Of a DNA stretch of 64,000 nt, positions 28,952 through 37,172 are shown in pieces. The DNA lies in the NCBI GenBank assembly GCA_037441525.1, contig JBBISA010000003.1:25833-89832 (forward strand), in the 5' to 3' direction. Position numbers and translations under genes: made by a program. The notes beneath the pieces are model-generated. The model saw only the letters and a list, made by a program, of their open reading frames with translations. It did not search any database and was not told the origin of the DNA. The number at the start of each line of letters is the position of its first letter. Position 1 is the stretch's first letter. The DNA is from Bacteroidota bacterium. Lineage in GTDB: Bacteria > Bacteroidota > Bacteroidia > Bacteroidales > UBA7960.

Positions 28952-30331
28952 TTACTTAGCCCGTTCGAGCCTTATGGTAAAATGCCGCATTATGGGGGCT
29001 TCTGAAACAATTCTGAATCCACGGGTAATGCTTGCTCTCCGCTCCCAGATGTTGGCAAGACCGATGGCAATATAATCCATGTGGTTGTTGGTATACACAC
29101 GGCGAGGGATGGCCAGTCGCAATAGTTCCAAAACAGGGAAACGGTTTTCCCGTGTTACAGGGTTGCGATCGGCCATAAGGGTACCAATCTCTACACCACG
29201 CACTCCACATTCTATATAAAGCTCCACCGCGAGAGTCTGGGCCTGATACTCCTCTTTGGGTACATTGGAAAGAAATTTTTTGGCATCAACAAATACCGCA
29301 TGACCTCCGGTAGGTTGCTGAATGGGTATGCCAAACCCAGCCAGTTTCTTGCCCAGATATTCCACCTGGCCTATGCGGGCTTCAAGGTATGCAAATTCAG
29401 TTCCCTCCATCAACCCCTGGGCAAGGGCGCCAAGGTCGCGGCCTGCAAGCCCGCCATAGGTAAGGAACCCTTCGTACATGATATTAAAAACACTTGCCTT
29501 ATCGAACAATGATTTATCCCTTATGATAATAAAACCGCCAATATTTACGATAGCATCCTTCTTGGAACTCATGGTGGCCGCATCAACATAAGAAAACATT
29601 TCCTTCACAATTTCACGGATGCTATTGTTTTCGTAGCGTTTTTCGCGGGTTTTAATAAAATAGGCATTTTCGGCAAATCGTGCAGCATCAAATACAGGCA
29701 AAATCCCATACCTGCGGCACAGGGTTGATACCTCGCGGATGTTTTCCATTGATACCGGCTGCCCCCCGCTGGTATTGCAGGTAATGGTAATAATGCACAT
29801 AGGTATCTTTTCTCTTGGATACTTTTTGAAAACATCTTCAAGTTTCTGAAGGTCAATATTGCCTTTAAAGGGATGATATTCATCAGTATGGCAGGCTTCA
29901 TCAATAGTGCAATCAATGGCACGGGCATTCCGAAATTCAATGTGTCCTTTGGTGGTATCGAAATGGGAGTTTCCCGGAACTATATCACCACTCTTTATCA
30001 GGGCCGAAAACAATACATTTTCGGCCGCCCTGCCCTGATGGGTAGGCAGAAACCAGGGCATATCAAATAGTTCGTTAATGGTATTCTTTAATTTATAGTA
30101 ACTCGAAGAGCCGGCATAACTTTCGTCGCCCAGCATTATTTCTGACCATTGGTACTGGCTCATGGCGCCGGTGCCGGAGTCAGTCAGCAAATCGATAAAC
30201 ACCTGCTCACTTTTCAGGTTAAAAAGGTTGAAACCGGCTTGTGCCATCCAGTGTTCCCTCTCTTCGCAACTACTGCGGTAAAGAGGTTCAACAACTTTCA
30301 TTTTCCAGGGTTCGGCATAAGGTAATTCCAT
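28952..30331 (-). CDS. tnaA: Tryptophanase
   Basis: DLLTDSGT, THQGRAAE, MSSKKD (PLP Lys), RLAIPRRVYT; C-terminal RHFT (His as in tryptophanase, not the FF of tyrosine phenol-lyase). Confidence 0.9.
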   Translation of the reverse strand: MELPYAEPWKMKVVEPLYRSSCEEREHWMAQAGFNLFNLKSEQVFIDLLTDSGTGAMSQYQWSEIMLGDESYAGSSSYYKLKNTINELFDMPWFLPTHQGRAAENVLFSALIKSGDIVPGNSHFDTTKGHIEFRNARAIDCTIDEACHTDEYHPFKGNIDLQKLEDVFKKYPREKIPMCIITITCNTSGGQPVSMENIREVSTLCRRYGILPVFDAARFAENAYFIKTREKRYENNSIREIVKEMFSYVDAATMSSKKDAIVNIGGFIIIRDKSLFDKASVFNIMYEGFLTYGGLAGRDLGALAQGLMEGTEFAYLEARIGQVEYLGKKLAGFGIPIQQPTGGHAVFVDAKKFLSNVPKEEYQAQTLAVELYIECGVRGVEIGTLMADRNPVTRENRFPVLELLRLAIPRRVYTNNHMDYIAIGLANIWERRASITRGFRIVSEAPIMRHFTIRLERAK

Positions 30332-30415
30332 AGCAATTCAATTTTATTTTGATAATGAATAAAAACAGAAAAATGACCGGAAAAGAAAAAAACCCGGTCC
30401 GAATGAATTGCTATG
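30329..30415 (-). promoter_or_regulatory. tnaA 5' leader structure: 12-bp helix sequestering the tnaA start codon, enclosing a terminator-like hairpin
   Basis: Plus 30329-30340 CATAGCAATTCA is the exact reverse complement of 30404-30415 TGAATTGCTATG; inner GACCGG/CCGGTC stem (30375-80/30394-99) is followed by ATTTTTCTGTTTTT on -. Confidence 0.7.
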
Positions 30416-30488
30416 CCCGATAAGTGTCGCGCCGCTTAATATTAAGCCAAAGTAAATTGTTGTTATTGGTTAAATATTTGCAAAGCAT
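30411..30488 (-). CDS. Putative Trp-sensing leader peptide of tnaA, MLCKYLTNNNNLLWLNIKRRDTYRA
   Basis: Manual translation: 25 aa, single Trp14 in WLNI, ends 80 nt before tnaA; consensus -7 TACATTTG upstream (plus 30513-30520). Confidence 0.65.
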   Translation of the reverse strand: MLCKYLTNNNNLLWLNIKRRDTYRA

Positions 30489-30671
30489 AGATTATAAGGA
30501 GATTAACCAGTACAAATGTATAAAAATTCCCATTTTGATTATAGCAGCAATTTTGAATTTTTAGTCAGGAATTGAATTTATGGACTTAAAATTTTGCCAA
30601 TAAATCAAAATGAAGCTTGTAAAAAAAACAATTATAGCTAATTTTAGCGCTATAAACAAAAACACACCTGA

Positions 30672-30740
30672 ATGAACATTTACAGCCACACTTGTTGTTG
30701 TTGCAATACAAAGCCTCCGGGCAATGTAAAGGCTGTATAA
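30672..30740 (+). CDS. Cys-rich attenuator leader peptide of cysE-cysK, MNIYSHTCCCCNTKPPGNVKAV
   Basis: Manual translation: ATG 30672, TGT TGT TGT TGC at 30693-30704, TAA 30738-40; directly upstream of a terminator and cysE. Confidence 0.8.
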   Translation: MNIYSHTCCCCNTKPPGNVKAV

Positions 30741-30772
30741 TATTATCTGAAAATTCATAACAGAAAATATCG

Positions 30773-30804
30773 AACCTTTCATTGCTCTTATGAAAGGTTT
30801 TTTT
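30773..30804 (+). terminator. Attenuator terminator upstream of cysE
   Basis: Perfect 10-bp stem AACCTTTCAT (30773-82) / ATGAAAGGTT (30790-99) followed by TTTTT; the alternative partner GCAATGTAAAGG (30721-32) lies in the leader ORF. Confidence 0.85.
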
Positions 30805-30863
30805 ATTTCTGGTCCTTTGGTAGCCAGATAAACTTTAACTGAACAACTAACTTAAAAATAGTC

Positions 30864-31697
30864 ATGGAAAACCTGAGAACATTTGCCGAAAAACTTCTGC
30901 ACGACCATAAATCAGATGTTTGCTATATGCCTTCGCGAAGAGATAGCAGCCAGTTTGTGAACGATATGCTTGAGTTGCTTTTTCCTCTTGATATTCCCTG
31001 CTCAACCGATGAATATCTTTTGCGATTTATGAATTCAGAACACCAACTGCGCAAGATGCTCAACAGCTTGAAAATACTCCTGAAAGAAGAACCAACCAAA
31101 ATTGTGAACCACTTCTTCCCTGCACTCCCGGGCATTTATGAAAGTCTCAGGCATGATGCCGAATCGATTTATAAGTTCGACCCTGCAGCAGCAAGCATTC
31201 AGGAAGTAGTGCATGCTTATCCCGGTTTTTTTGCCATTTCGGTTTATCGGATTTCTCACCAAATGGCAAAACAAAATGTTCCGGTTTTGCCCCGTTTGTT
31301 TTCCGAATATGCCCACAGCCGAACCGGTATCGATATAAACCCGGGAGCCATTATCGGACAAAACTTTTTCATTGACCATGGCACCGGGGTGGTAATTGGA
31401 GAAACATCTGCAATTGGCGATAATGTGAAAATATACCAAGGTGTAACACTTGGAGCAATAACGGTTGAAAAAACACTTGCGGCCACCAAGCGGCACCCAA
31501 CCATTGAAGATAATGTGATTATTTATGCCGGGAGCACGGTACTTGGCGGAAAAACAGTTGTTGGGCACGATTCAATCATCGGGGGCAATGTGTGGCTTAC
31601 TGAAAGCGTACCCCCGTTTTCGGTGGTTTATCATAAAAGTGAAGTAAAAATCAGGTCGGGGAAGAATCATTTCGAACCCATCAATTTCGTAATTTAA
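30864..31697 (+). CDS. cysE: Serine O-acetyltransferase
   Basis: DPAA..EVVHAYPG, TGIDINPGA, FIDHGTGVVIGET, IYQGVTLG, KRHPTIED hexapeptide repeats. Confidence 0.93.
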   Translation: MENLRTFAEKLLHDHKSDVCYMPSRRDSSQFVNDMLELLFPLDIPCSTDEYLLRFMNSEHQLRKMLNSLKILLKEEPTKIVNHFFPALPGIYESLRHDAESIYKFDPAAASIQEVVHAYPGFFAISVYRISHQMAKQNVPVLPRLFSEYAHSRTGIDINPGAIIGQNFFIDHGTGVVIGETSAIGDNVKIYQGVTLGAITVEKTLAATKRHPTIEDNVIIYAGSTVLGGKTVVGHDSIIGGNVWLTESVPPFSVVYHKSEVKIRSGKNHFEPINFVI

Positions 31698-31760
31698 AAA
31701 AACCGGAGAACGAATCAACAATCAATCTGCAAACAATATTCACAATTAAAACTATAACAA

Positions 31761-32675
31761 ATGAAAGCTAATACCATTTTAGAACTGATTGGCAACACGC
31801 CACATCTGCGAATTAATAAACTCTACCCTGCCGATTATGAGGTTTGGATGAAACTTGAAAGAAGCAACCCCGGTGCCAGTATCAAAGACCGCATTGCCCT
31901 TTCGATGATTGAAGATGCTGAACAAAGTGGCGAACTAAAGCCGGGCGGCACCATCATTGAACCAACATCGGGAAATACAGGAATAGGGCTGGCCATTGTG
32001 GCAGCTGTTAAAGGCTACAAGGTAATATTGGTGATGCCCGAAAGCATGTCGCTTGAAAGGCGCAGGATAATGAAGGTTTTGGGAGCAGAATTTGTGCTTA
32101 CTCCCCGCGAAAAGGGAATGAAAGGCGCTATTGCCGAGGCAACTGCCTTGGTTGAATCCACTCCCGGTTCATGGATGCCACGTCAGTTCGACAATCCTGC
32201 CAATCCGAAGGTGCACCGCGAAAAAACTTCCCTTGAAATCATCCAGGATTTCCCCGATGGGATTGATTACCTCATAACAGGTGTTGGAACCGGAGGCCAT
32301 ATTACCGGCGTGGCTGAGGTATTGAAGGAGAAGTTTCCCAACCTGAAGGTTTTTGCTGTTGAACCCGCCCTTTCACCAGTAATCAGTGGTGGTGACCCGG
32401 GCCCCCATCCCATTCAGGGAATAGGAGCAGGATTTATTCCGCAAATACTTAATAAATCACTCCTCGATGGAGTAATTACCGTAAGTAAGGAAGAAGCCTT
32501 TGAATTTGCCCGAAATTCTGCCCTTAAGGAGGGAGTATTTATCGGTATTTCCTCAGGCGCATCGCTTGCCGCGGTGAGCAAAAAGCTTCCCGAAATACCC
32601 AAAGGGTCTCGGATTCTTACCTTCTGCTACGATACCGGAGAGCGATATCTTTCAGTTGAAGGTCTGTTTGAATAA
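31761..32675 (+). CDS. cysK: Cysteine synthase A (O-acetylserine sulfhydrylase)
   Basis: [11 protein letters not shown] (PLP Lys), [34 protein letters not shown]. Confidence 0.96.
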   Translation: MKANTILELIGNTPHLRINKLYPADYEVWMKLERSNPGASIKDRIALSMIEDAEQSGELKPGGTIIEPTSGNTGIGLAIVAAVKGYKVILVMPESMSLERRRIMKVLGAEFVLTPREKGMKGAIAEATALVESTPGSWMPRQFDNPANPKVHREKTSLEIIQDFPDGIDYLITGVGTGGHITGVAEVLKEKFPNLKVFAVEPALSPVISGGDPGPHPIQGIGAGFIPQILNKSLLDGVITVSKEEAFEFARNSALKEGVFIGISSGASLAAVSKKLPEIPKGSRILTFCYDTGERYLSVEGLFE

Positions 32676-32723
32676 CTGGTAAAAAAGGCTGATTTTGCGT
32701 AACTTTACCCAAAAAGCAGAGTT

Positions 32724-33476
32724 ATGTACACAGCAATTGTTACCGGAGGAGCGCAGGGTATAGGCAAAGCAATTACCCTGAAATTAATAGAAGAAAACAT
32801 CTATGTTTTTATTCTCGATAACGATCAGGAGGCACTCTCGGACTTTGAAGCAGAACATCATGGCATGGAGATGAGCAAAGCCATTTTCTGCGATGTTTCC
32901 GATAGTACCATTCTTGTTAAAACCCTTTCCAGCATAGCCCGGCAAAAGCCTTCCTTAAGGTATCTGGTTAATAATGCCGGGGTGTCGCGTTTTAAACCCA
33001 TGCCAGAGCTGAGCCTCGACGAATGGAATTATATTCTTGCGGTAAATCTCACTTCTTTTTTCTTAACCACTAAAACTGTGGCCGAAAATCTGCAACGCAA
33101 TCATGGTGCGGTTGTAAATATCAGCAGTACCCGGGCATTAATGTCTGAACCCCATGGAGAAGCTTATGGTGCGTCGAAGGGCGGTGTATTGGCTCTTACC
33201 CATGCTATGGCCATTAGCCTTCAGCCAAGAGTCAGGGTAAACAGCATCAGTCCCGGGTGGATAGATGTACAACCATGGCAAAAACGCAGCCGCAGAAAAA
33301 CAATTTGGTGGGAAGACAAACATCACCTTCAGCACCCGGCCGGGCGCATTGGTACGCCTGAAGATGTAGCAGAGCTGTGCTGGTATCTTTTATCTGATAG
33401 AGCGGGATTTATTACCGGGCAAAATTTTGTCCTGGATGGTGGAATGACTCGTAAGATGATATATGAAGAGGAATAA
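32724..33476 (+). CDS. SDR family oxidoreductase
   Basis: TGGAQGIG, NNAG, SSTRALMSEP..EAYGASKGG, FITGQNFVLDGG. Confidence 0.9.
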   Translation: MYTAIVTGGAQGIGKAITLKLIEENIYVFILDNDQEALSDFEAEHHGMEMSKAIFCDVSDSTILVKTLSSIARQKPSLRYLVNNAGVSRFKPMPELSLDEWNYILAVNLTSFFLTTKTVAENLQRNHGAVVNISSTRALMSEPHGEAYGASKGGVLALTHAMAISLQPRVRVNSISPGWIDVQPWQKRSRRKTIWWEDKHHLQHPAGRIGTPEDVAELCWYLLSDRAGFITGQNFVLDGGMTRKMIYEEE

Positions 33477-33489
33477 ACCATTATAATGA

Positions 33490-34098
33490 TTATAACCCCT
33501 TCAGACGTTTGATCTCATTAAAATGGTCTATCGACTGTTTCTCAAACCTTTCTCTCGATGATTTTTTGTACTCCTCGTATTCGGTCTTCAAATCGTTTAG
33601 GTCCGATATCTTTACCTTTGCTGCGGACTGGGCACTTTTCATAATAGAAAAGGTAAAAATTACAAGTGCTGCCAGGGCAGCAATAATGGCCCATAAAATC
33701 ATATTGTAAAACACCTTATCTATGGCAACACCTAAAAGGTTGAAACTATCTCGTTCCTTAACCGCCATATCTCTTTGCTTTGTAACTTCATTGAGTTGCA
33801 TGTTAGCCGTTTCTCTTTCCAGTTTTAAAACTGCCTGCTCTCTATCCATTCCCTTTATCAGCATCTGTAAATTTTGAAGAGAATCTAAGCTATTGCGTTG
33901 GATTTTTCTGAACATATCTTCTCTGACAGCCCTGTAATTATTGTAAATATTGGTGCGCTCCTGCAAATAATCGAATTGCTCCTTAAGGGTGCCCTGATCA
34001 AAAACATCAGGAAGATGTTGTGAAATGACCGGCGAATGAACCGATAAAACCCATATTGCAAAAATTACCGTCAATTGAAAAAATCTGCGAATCATCAC
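33490..34098 (-). CDS. Conserved exported coiled-coil protein with one TM anchor
   Basis: Signal peptide, long heptad region, TM 'MILWAIIAALAALVIFTF', C-terminal 'EYEEYKKSSRER'. Confidence 0.65.
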   Translation of the reverse strand: MMIRRFFQLTVIFAIWVLSVHSPVISQHLPDVFDQGTLKEQFDYLQERTNIYNNYRAVREDMFRKIQRNSLDSLQNLQMLIKGMDREQAVLKLERETANMQLNEVTKQRDMAVKERDSFNLLGVAIDKVFYNMILWAIIAALAALVIFTFSIMKSAQSAAKVKISDLNDLKTEYEEYKKSSRERFEKQSIDHFNEIKRLKGL

Positions 34099-34285
34099 CT
34101 TTAATATTTGGTTTTACATTGGAAATTCAAACGAATAAAAATCCGGATAATTACTAAACTGGATTGAACGAAACAAATGGTTGCCGTTGGGGAGATTTCG
34201 TGACTAAAGTTAATCAAATTCGATTTTCCCCCCTTGAAAGGATAAAATTTATTGTTATCAATAATAGCAATAAACCCAGATTTGT

Positions 34286-34334
34286 CTTATGCCGATTTTT
34301 CTAATGCCCGTCATTAGAAAAACATCGGCATAAG
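34286..34334. repeat. Long intergenic inverted repeat (21-bp stem with a 2-nt bulge)
   Basis: CTTATGCCGATTTTTCTAATG / CATTAGAAAAA(CA)TCGGCATAAG; shares the CTAATG/CATTAG core with the REP-like repeat. Confidence 0.7.
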
Positions 34335-34430
34335 TTATTGATAATAATATTATTAGAACGACAAATGGGATAAGAAAAACTATAAATTGTAATCAGAAAT
34401 GCTTACAATTTATGTTTTTCTAAGGCGGGG

Positions 34431-34482
34431 TTAATCCCGGCTAAGTCATTAGTTCACTGCATTCCTAATGACTAATCCGGGA
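34431..34482 (-). repeat. REP-like palindromic dispersed repeat, copy 2
   Basis: Reverse complement matches 8281-8332 at 46/52 positions. Confidence 0.8.
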
Positions 34483-34552
34483 TAAATATTCAGAACAGAG
34501 TTTCTGTCCACCAAAATAATCAGTAGGTTTGTAAAAAATTGCTCCGCATTGA

Positions 34553-35656
34553 ATGGAACCAAACGAAACCCAGCAACAAAAATTTGAAAGCGCCCTGAAG
34601 GTAAACAAAGGGGTAGAACAACCCTCATCTCTCAACCAGAAGGCAATACATACGTTGCAGTTGAAAAGGCGCGCCGAATTAACTGCAGATAACATGATTG
34701 ATGGGATTCTCAGGGGCGACAGAAGCATATTGAGCAGGGCTATTACCTTAATTGAAAGCTCGTTACCAGCCCATTACGAAAAAGCACAACTGATAATTGA
34801 ACGTTGCCTGCCTTATTCGGGAAAATCTTTCCGAACAGGTATCACGGGTGTTCCGGGAGTCGGGAAGAGCACCTTTATTGAAGCATTCGGATTACGCCTT
34901 ATCGCAAGGGGGCACAAGGTTGCTGTTTTGGCGGTCGATCCCAGCAGTGAGATTTCGAGAGGCAGTATTCTTGGCGATAAAACCCGCATGGAACAGCTTG
35001 CCAATCATCCTTCAGCCTTTATCAGGCCCAGCCCATCGGCTGGTTCATTGGGTGGGGTGGCTCGCAAAACACGTGAAACCATTATTTTATGCGAAGCAGC
35101 CGGATTCGACAGGATCATGGTTGAAACCGTTGGGGTTGGGCAATCGGAAACAGCTGTTCAATCGATGGTGGATTTTTTTCTTTTATTAATGCTGGCAGGG
35201 GCTGGCGATGAACTTCAGGGCATAAAACGAGGTATCATGGAAATGTGCGATGGAATGGCTATTAATAAAGCCGATGGCGATAACCTTGTTAAGGCACAAC
35301 TGGCAAGGATACAATACCAGAATGCCCTGCATCTTTTTCCAACACCGGCCTCAGGATGGGCTCCAGGGGTAGAGCTATGCTCAGCATTGCACAAATCAGG
35401 GATTGATGCCATATACAATATGATAGCGACCTATGATGCCCATGTGAAAAAGAATGGATTTTTTGTGACCAGGCGAAAGAATCAGCAAACAAACCAGATG
35501 TTCGATTCTATACGTCAATACCTCGACGATCACTTCAACCATCATAAAAAAGTGCAGCAACTTACCCCCGAAATAATTAACCAGATGCAAAATCAAAAAT
35601 TAACCCCCTACCAGGCCGCTCAGAAGTTGCTCGATGTTTATCTTTCTGATATTTAA
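34553..35656 (+). CDS. meaB: Methylmalonyl-CoA mutase-associated GTPase MeaB/ArgK
   Basis: GITGVPGVGKST, AVDPSS..GSILGDKTRM, ETVGVGQSE, GDELQGIKRG, NKAD. Confidence 0.95.
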   Translation: MEPNETQQQKFESALKVNKGVEQPSSLNQKAIHTLQLKRRAELTADNMIDGILRGDRSILSRAITLIESSLPAHYEKAQLIIERCLPYSGKSFRTGITGVPGVGKSTFIEAFGLRLIARGHKVAVLAVDPSSEISRGSILGDKTRMEQLANHPSAFIRPSPSAGSLGGVARKTRETIILCEAAGFDRIMVETVGVGQSETAVQSMVDFFLLLMLAGAGDELQGIKRGIMEMCDGMAINKADGDNLVKAQLARIQYQNALHLFPTPASGWAPGVELCSALHKSGIDAIYNMIATYDAHVKKNGFFVTRRKNQQTNQMFDSIRQYLDDHFNHHKKVQQLTPEIINQMQNQKLTPYQAAQKLLDVYLSDI

Positions 35657-35689
35657 AACATTATAGATAGATCATAATTTTTCCGACTC

Positions 35690-36565
35690 ATGACATCAAT
35701 AAAACCTTTAAAATATTTGGTCGCAACGCTTCTGGTTGCAGTATTTTCTTTCAATAAAATGATGGCGGAGAACCCCGACGCTGTTATTTATAGTTACGGG
35801 TTTGAAAAACAAAACAAAATTCCAACTCTTAATCTTACCTACGGAATTAACCTGGGGGCATATTTTGCCAACCGATCAACGGCCAATTACTACAACGGCT
35901 CCGGAGAACATAGTGTTGACGAAGCGTTGAACCGATATTACAACAGGGATAAACTCATTGCAAATATTGATGAGATTATACAGGATTTCGAGATTGGGGA
36001 ACTGCCGCAAAACATGCATTACAGCCCGGCGGCCCAGGTTGGTTTCTTTGCCGGGTTAACCTTTAATTCAGCACTGGCCATTATCGGGGAGTTTAACTAC
36101 ACCAAACTTAACCTGGCCGACCGTTTCACCATATTTACTGATAAATTTACATCAACATCAGAGCCCTATCGCCTTCTTTCGGATATCTATGGCAGCGAAG
36201 AAAGGATTGAGCTTCGGTTGGGGTTTCAGTTTACGCGATACTCAAAATCATACATTCACCCTTTTATTGAAAGTGGATTAAATATAACCGACACCAAGGT
36301 GATTGAAAACAAAGTTCTGGTTAGAGGCATGGAGTTCAACATACGCGAAATAAGGGTAGATTATTACAATGTGCGCGATTTTGGAATGGGGTTGGGCATC
36401 TATAGTGGGATTGGGATTTTGATGCAGGTAAGCAGTCAACTCAGCTTCAGGGCAGCCGGAGCGGTGAGTTTTAGCCGCATCAATCTTGGAGACAATAACC
36501 GCATTGCCCCGCAATACACTCTATATCTTAGGTTAAATCTGCACGATCTGTTTTCGGGTAACTAA
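35690..36565 (+). CDS. Exported hypothetical protein, probable outer-membrane beta-barrel
   Basis: Signal peptide, amphipathic beta strands (YGINLGAYF, LRLGFQF, YLRLNL). Confidence 0.6.
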   Translation: MTSIKPLKYLVATLLVAVFSFNKMMAENPDAVIYSYGFEKQNKIPTLNLTYGINLGAYFANRSTANYYNGSGEHSVDEALNRYYNRDKLIANIDEIIQDFEIGELPQNMHYSPAAQVGFFAGLTFNSALAIIGEFNYTKLNLADRFTIFTDKFTSTSEPYRLLSDIYGSEERIELRLGFQFTRYSKSYIHPFIESGLNITDTKVIENKVLVRGMEFNIREIRVDYYNVRDFGMGLGIYSGIGILMQVSSQLSFRAAGAVSFSRINLGDNNRIAPQYTLYLRLNLHDLFSGN

Positions 36566-37134
36566 TTCTGTTCCGCTTTGAAATTCTGGGGAGAAAGGTT
36601 GAATTTCTCAGGATGACGAGCCTGCTTATCGAGATAAAATTCCTGGATTTTCTTAATATCAGCATCATAATCGCCTGTGGGATAAAATACAGGGCCCATA
36701 CCTCCGGTCTTGGTCTTATAATCAAGAAATCCAAGAATGATAGGGACTTTGGCCTGTTCAGCAATAAAATAAAAACCCTTTTTCCAGTTTTTTACCAGCT
36801 TTCGAGTACCCTCTGGGGTAATCAGGAGAAAAAAAGAATCGGCCTGCTCCATCATTCCAGTGATTTTTTTTATGGTTCCGGTACTAAATCCGCGGTGGAG
36901 AGGTTCTGCACCCATTGCTTTGAGAAGGATTCCCAGGGGAAAAAAGAAAGATTCTTTCTTGATCATGATTTTGGGTTTCACCCCTTTGCTGATAAATCCC
37001 AGCTTCCCTATCACAAAATCAAGGTTGCTCGTATGTGGAGCCATTATGATTACCGCTTTGGGAATCCCTTCCGGCATACCATGAGTGACTCTCCATCCCA
37101 AAAGTTTCAATATCAAAAAGGCAATAAGGCGCAT
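36562..37134 (-). CDS. 1-acyl-sn-glycerol-3-phosphate acyltransferase family protein
   Basis: PHTSNLD (HX4D), ITPEGTR, WKKGFY. Confidence 0.9.
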   Translation of the reverse strand: MRLIAFLILKLLGWRVTHGMPEGIPKAVIIMAPHTSNLDFVIGKLGFISKGVKPKIMIKKESFFFPLGILLKAMGAEPLHRGFSTGTIKKITGMMEQADSFFLLITPEGTRKLVKNWKKGFYFIAEQAKVPIILGFLDYKTKTGGMGPVFYPTGDYDADIKKIQEFYLDKQARHPEKFNLSPQNFKAEQN

Positions 37135-37172
37135 AGAAAAAAAATTTTGGTTTACAAATAGATATCCTTGTT

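Noticed and set aside
28952-30331. Tyrosine phenol-lyase as an alternative call
   Set aside because: The C-terminal RHFT motif has the tryptophanase-type His, and the leader contains Trp.
30561-30782. 73-aa minus-strand ORF in the tnaA/cysE spacer
   Set aside because: It is antisense to the Cys leader and terminator, has no protein features, and is better explained as a shadow.
30741-30863. SAM or T-box riboswitch upstream of cysE
   Set aside because: No SAM-I core or T-box (AAGGTGGTACC-like) motif is visible; the leader peptide explains the terminator.
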